Source of the DNA: a virus
Taxonomy: Duplodnaviria; Caudoviricetes
IMG/VR virus record: IMGVR_UViG_3300026549_000034
Location: 1 to 64,000 of that record
Length of the DNA stretch: 64,000 bases
Strand: one strand, 5' to 3'
The position numbers and the translations under genes were made by a program. The notes beneath the pieces are model-generated. The model was not told where the DNA came from and did not search any database. It saw only the letters and a list, made by a program, of their open reading frames with translations. This document shows positions 58,220 through 64,000 of the stretch, piece by piece (the first letter of the stretch is position 1; each line of letters begins with the position of its first letter).

Positions 58220-58249
58220 ATTAAATAAAATCTAATTAATTACTATATT
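58220..58249 (+). promoter_or_regulatory. putative promoter of the Ro60/TROVE gene
   Basis: ATTAAAT-N16-CTATATT. Confidence 0.55.
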
Positions 58250-58297
58250 ATATAATAATTAAAGGAAAAATATTAACAACAAAAAAAGAACAAAATC

Positions 58298-59752
58298 ATG
58301 AGTAAACTTAATTCCACACGTAAGTCTTCTACATTGAAGACAAATCAAATAACTGTTGGTGAAATTGCTGGTCAGATAACAGATACTGCAGCAGCTCAGT
58401 CAAATATCGCTCTTCTTCGTAGAGCAGTTCTTGCAAATCTTCTTTGGGAGAATATTGCATACATGGATGGTGAGTCTGTCACAAATGAGATAAAGAGATT
58501 GATTTCTCTTTGTGATCCTCAAGATGTTGCAAATCTAACTATTGAAGCTCGTACTATGCAAAAGCTTCGTCATACTCCTCTTTTCCTTGCAGTAGAAATG
58601 TGTAAGCATGAAGCAACACGTCCTTATGTAAAGGATATACTTCCAAAGATTATCACACGTGCAGATATGCTTACTGACTTCATGGCTCTTTACTGGGCTG
58701 ACGGTAAGTGTCCTATTTGTAATGCAGCAAAGAAGGGTCTTGCTGAAGCATTCCATAACTTCAATGAGTACAAGTTTGCTAAGTATGACCGTAATGCAGA
58801 AATCAAGCTTCGCGACGTAATGTTCATGGTTCGTCCAAAGCCAGAAACTCCTCTTGAGGTTGAACTTTACAAGAAGATTGCTGATCGTACTCTTGAAACT
58901 CCTGAGACATGGGAGGTGCTTCTTTCACTTGCTCACACTAATGAAGAAAAGGCAGCCGTTTGGACAAAGCTTATTACTGAAGGTAAGCTTGGTGGTAAGG
59001 CTATGCTTATGAACATCCGTAATATGCAAAATGCAGGTGTTCCTCGTCCAATCATTGTACAAGGTCTTCAAGAACTTAAGGGAGCTATGCTTCTTCCACT
59101 TGATTTCTTGAAAGCTATGCGTGAAAGTAATGGCTTTGATAGAGAGATTGAAGATGCAATGCTTAAGACATATGAGAATATGCCTAAGCTTCCAGGTAAG
59201 ACTCTATTTATTGTGGATGTATCTGGATCTATGGGATCACTTACAAGCAGTGGTTCAACATTTACTAGACTTGACCAAGCATGTTCGATGGCAATGTTGG
59301 CAGCTAACCAATGTACTGACTTTGAACTTGTATGTACTGCCGGTTCTGATGGAGAGCTTCGTGAAGAGCAAATGAGAATTCTGTATCCTCCTAAGGGATT
59401 TAATCTCTTCAAAGAAATTGAAGCCTCCCGTAAAACTGTAGGAGGTGGTGGTATCTTCACATACCAGTGTCTTGAAAAGCTTCGTAAGGAGCTTGGTGAT
59501 AAGATACATGATTATGACAGAATCATTGTATTCAGTGATTCGCAGGATATAGATGTATCAAGTTGGCGTTCACCTAACCATGATAAGAAGCCACGTCCAT
59601 TTGGTAAGTACAATTATATCTGTGATATATCTGCTCATACTCGTGGTATTGCTTACAATGGTGTTTGGACAGCTGAAATTTCGGGTTGGTCAGAACACTT
59701 CCTTACATATATTGCAGCATATGAAGGAATTGAAAATACATTTGATGAATAA
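58298..59752 (+). CDS. Ro60/TROVE-domain RNA-binding protein (Rsr-like) with vWA domain
   Basis: LR..P, ITRAD, F.EY..AKY, LRDV.F..RPKP, TWE..LS, DVSGSM MIDAS, FSD.Q, SGWSE. Confidence 0.93.
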   Translation: MSKLNSTRKSSTLKTNQITVGEIAGQITDTAAAQSNIALLRRAVLANLLWENIAYMDGESVTNEIKRLISLCDPQDVANLTIEARTMQKLRHTPLFLAVEMCKHEATRPYVKDILPKIITRADMLTDFMALYWADGKCPICNAAKKGLAEAFHNFNEYKFAKYDRNAEIKLRDVMFMVRPKPETPLEVELYKKIADRTLETPETWEVLLSLAHTNEEKAAVWTKLITEGKLGGKAMLMNIRNMQNAGVPRPIIVQGLQELKGAMLLPLDFLKAMRESNGFDREIEDAMLKTYENMPKLPGKTLFIVDVSGSMGSLTSSGSTFTRLDQACSMAMLAANQCTDFELVCTAGSDGELREEQMRILYPPKGFNLFKEIEASRKTVGGGGIFTYQCLEKLRKELGDKIHDYDRIIVFSDSQDIDVSSWRSPNHDKKPRPFGKYNYICDISAHTRGIAYNGVWTAEISGWSEHFLTYIAAYEGIENTFDE

Positions 59753-59831
59753 TTATTTTTGCTATATTATAATTTATTATAATTATTTTTAATTATAATT
59801 ATTTATATATAAATATATAAAAATAGAATTT

Positions 59832-60344
59832 ATGAAAAGTATAAAAAACTATATTAATGAAGCATTACAAAATGAAGATTGGTTAAGCAATGCAAAAAAT
59901 AATGAGGAACCATTTGTTAAAGCTGCGCTTGAAAATGAAGGATGGAAAATAAAAGTTGGATCACAAGATGAAGATTTTAAAGGTATTGACTTAAAGGTTG
60001 AAAAGGATGATACTGATGATCAATTTGGTGGAAAATTCAATATAGATGTTAAGGGATGTTCAGCAAAAAATAAAAATTCAAAACGTTTCTTATTTACATG
60101 TAAAAGTTCATCTGGAAAAGAATATCCATACAAAGATAAACACTTTATAGCATTTATTAATTATACAGATAAGACTATTACAATAGTTGCAGATAATGAT
60201 ATTAAAACATTAGCAAGTAAATATAAAGAATATGATAGTCAATCTGGCGATAATTCTAAGTTTATATTATTACCAAAAATGGAGGTTCAAAAACTTGGTA
60301 GAACAATTGATCCATCTGATGAGATTAAATCATTATTAAAATAA
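59832..60344 (+). CDS. PD-(D/E)XK nuclease-like protein with capsid-targeting-like N-terminus
   Basis: E..V, D.KGID, IDVK; MKSIKNYINEA. Confidence 0.65.
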   Translation: MKSIKNYINEALQNEDWLSNAKNNEEPFVKAALENEGWKIKVGSQDEDFKGIDLKVEKDDTDDQFGGKFNIDVKGCSAKNKNSKRFLFTCKSSSGKEYPYKDKHFIAFINYTDKTITIVADNDIKTLASKYKEYDSQSGDNSKFILLPKMEVQKLGRTIDPSDEIKSLLK

Positions 60345-60375
60345 TTAATAAGTTATACAATCATATATCATATAC

Positions 60376-60405
60376 AAAAAGGAATCACTTAAGTGATTCC
60401 TTTTT
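60376..60405. terminator. bidirectional terminator
   Basis: Perfect palindrome AAAAAGGAATCACTT/AAGTGATTCCTTTTT. Confidence 0.8.
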
Positions 60406-60447
60406 TTATTATAAAAAATAACACAACTTTAATGTATATTGGGCTCA

Positions 60448-61290
60448 TTAATCAATTCTATCTTCATGATACCATTTTGGCCATTTTGATGGACAATTTT
60501 CTAACATAAAATCATAATTACACTTTTGATTAATTTGCCAATTTGTTATATCAATTTTTAAGTTTTTACAATCTTTAAAACATTTTGTTAAACTTATACA
60601 GTTACTTACATTCCAATTTTCTATACCTTTAATTGTTTTTAATGATGTACAACCTTCAAATAATGAAGTTAGATCACCACAATTATCTAGTTTCCAATTG
60701 CTTGTATCACCTACATTTTCTAATGATGTACAATTCTTAAATATTCTTCTAAATATCTCACATTTACTTAAATTCCAATTTGACAAATCAATAGTTTTTA
60801 GTTTAGGACATCTAACAAATAATATGCGAATTTCCGAAAGATTTGAAGTGTCCCAAGTATCTAATCCATTAATTTGTTTTAGAAACATGTTTTGTGAAAA
60901 TATACCATGTAATCCCCATACATTTGACAAATCCCAATTAGTAACATCTATATATTTTAATTGTGTATCTGAAAAAATATTTTCTAATTCACAATTATTA
61001 CAAAACTTCCAATTAGATGCATTAATATATTCTATTTTTCTATCACTATCAAATAAAAATGATAGTTCATCACCACTATTAATTTTTGAAAAATCTATAT
61101 AAGATACATCAACAGGAGATATGGGTGTACCGCTTCCATATATATCTTTTTGTTTTTCTATATATTGTTCTAATTCTGACAGATTTTTAGGTACAAACCA
61201 TGTATGATTAGTATTTACAGATTTAACATTTAATTTTTCATTAATATAAACATTTAATTTTTCATTAATGTGTTGTGTTAAAGATAACAT
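60448..61290 (-). CDS. BspA/DUF285-like leucine-rich repeat protein
   Basis: NWD.SN....F..C..L repeats; doubled INEKLNV tag. Confidence 0.85.
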   Translation of the reverse strand: MLSLTQHINEKLNVYINEKLNVKSVNTNHTWFVPKNLSELEQYIEKQKDIYGSGTPISPVDVSYIDFSKINSGDELSFLFDSDRKIEYINASNWKFCNNCELENIFSDTQLKYIDVTNWDLSNVWGLHGIFSQNMFLKQINGLDTWDTSNLSEIRILFVRCPKLKTIDLSNWNLSKCEIFRRIFKNCTSLENVGDTSNWKLDNCGDLTSLFEGCTSLKTIKGIENWNVSNCISLTKCFKDCKNLKIDITNWQINQKCNYDFMLENCPSKWPKWYHEDRID

Positions 61291-61911
61291 TTATTCTTCT
61301 GATTGTATATTTGTGTTTTCAATTCGTGGATTTACTTCATTACGAACAGCTACAATATCATCAAGCATATCTTGTAAAAGTTGTAAATGTTCTTCTTCAT
61401 CAGCAAGAATTTCTTTACATTTCTTTTCTGTTGTATAATCTTTGAATGATTGTGCAACTTCAATTAAATCTCTATATGTTTCTATTGCACCCATTTCATT
61501 TTCAACATTTTGTAATAATGAATCAAGTACATCTATAACTTGTTTATCATTATTTAAAATATTTTGGTGACCATATTTAGGTGACCATTTAGGTGATATA
61601 TAAGTATGATCTGCTGTCAACCAAGATGCTGGTGATATTGTAATGTCTTCAATTGTTGCTTCAAGTTCACTAAGACGCTGCATTATCCAATATGCATGAT
61701 CTTCAAGTTCATCTTTAGCAGTTTCTTCATATAATTTAACTATTTCTGGTCTACAATTTCCAACAAGCCAATCTCGAACTACTATATATCCATACCATGC
61801 ATTAAATTCCTCTTTAAGTGCATTTTTTAATTTTTCTACGATTACTCTATTTGATTCTGAATCTATCCATGATTCCGTATAAGCTTCATTAATAGTACTG
61901 AATTTTTTCAT
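61291..61911 (-). CDS. ferritin-like (Dps/bacterioferritin-type) protein
   Basis: EE..AWY.Y, DELEDH, E..AI..Y, D..T...IL.DEEEH. Confidence 0.85.
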   Translation of the reverse strand: MKKFSTINEAYTESWIDSESNRVIVEKLKNALKEEFNAWYGYIVVRDWLVGNCRPEIVKLYEETAKDELEDHAYWIMQRLSELEATIEDITISPASWLTADHTYISPKWSPKYGHQNILNNDKQVIDVLDSLLQNVENEMGAIETYRDLIEVAQSFKDYTTEKKCKEILADEEEHLQLLQDMLDDIVAVRNEVNPRIENTNIQSEE

Positions 61912-61929
61912 ATTATAATTTTTTGTTTT

Positions 61930-62118
61930 TTATTTATTAGCAAAATACGCTTTTAAAGCATTTTCAGCCTTTTCTCTTGTTTTATATTTTGCTCTCCAAT
62001 ATCCTCGTTTAGGTGTGTTAGTTCCTTTACCGGCGTGTCCTTTAATGCGCCAGTAATCACCAACCTTAACGATAACATCTTCAAGTTGTTCTTGTATATA
62101 TGTTTTAAGATCTTTCAT
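61930..62118 (-). CDS. small basic protein with capsid-targeting-like N-terminus
   Basis: MKDLKTYIQE. Confidence 0.65.
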   Translation of the reverse strand: MKDLKTYIQEQLEDVIVKVGDYWRIKGHAGKGTNTPKRGYWRAKYKTREKAENALKAYFANK

Positions 62119-62120
62119 TT

Positions 62121-62432
62121 TTAATCAAGAAAATCAGGTAATTTTTGACTTATAAAATCATAATAATTTGAGCAATCATTAGGATATTTTTCTTCCAAAT
62201 ATGCCCAAATAGTATTTAATAATTCTTCAGTTTTATCAAGATGTGCATTCTTTGAAGGATAATCAATGGTTTTTAATATAATATTCATATCATAATCATA
62301 TTTTTCCATTTCTTTCTTTATTTCTTCAATATCTAAATCTTTATTATCAGCTTTAACATTATCCATAATTGTTTTAGCTAATTTATCATCTAATTTCGCT
62401 CCTTCTAATATAAATTCTTTTAAACTTTTCAT
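62121..62432 (-). CDS. hypothetical protein with capsid-targeting-like N-terminus
   Basis: MKSLKEFILE. Confidence 0.65.
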   Translation of the reverse strand: MKSLKEFILEGAKLDDKLAKTIMDNVKADNKDLDIEEIKKEMEKYDYDMNIILKTIDYPSKNAHLDKTEELLNTIWAYLEEKYPNDCSNYYDFISQKLPDFLD

Positions 62433-62486
62433 ATTATAATATTTTATAAATTTATTTTTATGTTTCTACTAATATATAAAATCTTT

Positions 62487-63176
62487 TTAACTTAAAATAG
62501 GACGAACCGGCAAGCCAGCACAACGATTATATGTGTATAAATAAATATCATGTCTATCAGCACGCAGGAGGTAAGCATATCTTGGATTATTTATCATAAG
62601 AGATGAAGACCAAACATTAATGTTAGAACCACCATAGTCATCATAATCACCATCACGATCACCAGCAGCTGGAATAAATAAAGTATTGTTATTTGTTTTA
62701 GATGTAAATAGTCTACCATTTAGACCAGATATATCTTGATAATTTGTTATCCATTTATTATTTGTTTCATCCATTAATTCCACAAATTGTTCTCCGTCAG
62801 GTAGTTTATATTTTCCCGTCATATTAGCATTAGCCATGTCATCTTGCATATCTAATTCTAATATATTGTCTGGTTTGCCTGCACCACCCCAGTAATCTGT
62901 TTTATTAGTAGGACAATACTTAGTTAGTTTATCCCAAACACCTTTAGCATATTTATAGTTATCCCAATCACATTTTTTATTATCTGCTGGTTCAATATCA
63001 CCCCACATAAAGTAATTACCATACCAAGATTCGGCGGTAGATCCATGTTTAGCGCCAACATTATATTTGCACCATAAAGTACCTGATGGCAAACCTAAGT
63101 CTACGGTGTTATCTTTACTTATATCAATATTTTTTATATTAAGTTTTTCTGTTATATATGAATGTATTGATTTCAT
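62487..63176 (-). CDS. VDLGL-domain protein with capsid-targeting-like N-terminus
   Basis: MKSIHSYITEKL; VDLGLPSGTLW..YNVGA...GLPVRP. Confidence 0.75.
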   Translation of the reverse strand: MKSIHSYITEKLNIKNIDISKDNTVDLGLPSGTLWCKYNVGAKHGSTAESWYGNYFMWGDIEPADNKKCDWDNYKYAKGVWDKLTKYCPTNKTDYWGGAGKPDNILELDMQDDMANANMTGKYKLPDGEQFVELMDETNNKWITNYQDISGLNGRLFTSKTNNNTLFIPAAGDRDGDYDDYGGSNINVWSSSLMINNPRYAYLLRADRHDIYLYTYNRCAGLPVRPILS

Positions 63177-63190
63177 ATACTTAAGTATAT

Positions 63191-64000
63191 TTATTTTTCT
63201 AACATAAATCTTGTTCCGAGTGCACCATTTATAGCAGCAAATGATCCAGTGAATTTCATTCTACGTCCTTTATACATTACTACAATACCTTCGGCCGCAT
63301 TATATTTGTTTCCTAATGCTTGAAGACGTTTCATACATTTTTCAAGTTTCTCTTTAGCATCAATAGAATCAGAAGCTTCAATTGTCTTAATTAAATTTTC
63401 AGTATCTTGTTTAACTATCTCTATAGTTTTATCTTTAGCCTCAGAATTTACAAATCCTTCTAATTGATCTAATAATTCATTTCCAATTGATAAGAAAAGA
63501 TTATCCATAGGTTCCATAATTTTACCTACAAGTTCTTTTCCACCTTTTTTATCAAGATTATTTAATTCATCAATATGATCTCCATATTTCTTTTTAAGTT
63601 CACGTAAATTAACTGATTTATCACCATTACATAAACGATTAAAAATTAGTTCATCATCTTTACACCAGTCAGGAGCAAACTTTTTAAATCTTGATTTTTT
63701 CCAATCTTCAATTGAAGTATCAGTAGTTAAACCTTCATCATCCCAAAGTTTAGATATTTCCTTTGTAAATTTTTCTGCGAACTTGATACCTTCTTCAAGA
63801 TTCTTTATCATTAAATCTGGACGTGGTTTGGCTTCATCTATATCTTCAGCAGCTTTATATAATTCATCAACATGACCTTCTACATCTTCCTTTTCAATCC
63901 ATGCAAAATTACCTTTTTTATCAGTTCCTTTTTCCCATATAGTATATCCATGAAATGCTACACGATCTTTAGCATAAGGCATAATATTTGTTTTACCAGC
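63191..64000 (-). CDS. conserved large-phage protein, C-terminal part (runs off the window end)
   Basis: Frame open to 64000; ends EGIV..YKG...KFTG.FA..N. Confidence 0.65.
   Translation of the reverse strand, partial: AGKTNIMPYAKDRVAFHGYTIWEKGTDKKGNFAWIEKEDVEGHVDELYKAAEDIDEAKPRPDLMIKNLEEGIKFAEKFTKEISKLWDDEGLTTDTSIEDWKKSRFKKFAPDWCKDDELIFNRLCNGDKSVNLRELKKKYGDHIDELNNLDKKGGKELVGKIMEPMDNLFLSIGNELLDQLEGFVNSEAKDKTIEIVKQDTENLIKTIEASDSIDAKEKLEKCMKRLQALGNKYNAAEGIVVMYKGRRMKFTGSFAAINGALGTRFMLEK

Noticed and set aside
1778-61102. Antisense and nested ORFs inside larger genes in the ORF track
   Set aside because: Typical shadows of AT-rich coding sequence with no motifs
1-64000. Stop-codon recoding (TAG=Gln) as in Lak phages
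   Set aside because: 1370 aa and 1219 aa ORFs and all enzymes are intact in code 11, TAG ends several complete genes, and no canonical suppressor tRNA is present

Overview
This is a 64 kb segment of a very AT-rich jumbo/megaphage read in the standard genetic code. It carries T4-like replication and recombination genes (gp32-like SSB, gp46/47-like Rad50/Mre11, RNase H-like 5'-3' exonuclease, NAD-dependent DNA ligase, DinG-like helicase). Bacteroidota-style lipoproteins and promoters suggest a Bacteroidota (possibly Prevotella-like) host. It also holds a tnpB-only IS200/IS605-type element, IF-1, an RNA ligase and other RNA-repair-type enzymes, and a Ro60/TROVE protein. An 8 kb RNA island (about 23.0-31.4 kb) contains about 18 tRNAs, one with a group I intron, interleaved with many unannotated structured RNAs. 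Most striking: (1) one conserved helix module (TG[T/C]TGTA-stem-GAGTTACTTC ... GTT[A/G]C), resembling the Ro-binding stem of YrlA-type Y RNAs, occurs in three topologies: bare, wrapped around a tRNA body, and circularly permuted inside the D-loop of an otherwise complete tRNA-Gln. Three circularly permuted tRNA mimics lie nearby. (2) A leader peptide with terminator/antiterminator, resembling an attenuator, sits in front of the tRNA island. (3) About 20 unrelated proteins share a T4 capsid-targeting-like N-terminal tag (MKxxxxYIxE). All RNA structures were folded by eye, and protein calls come from motif recognition, not database searches.
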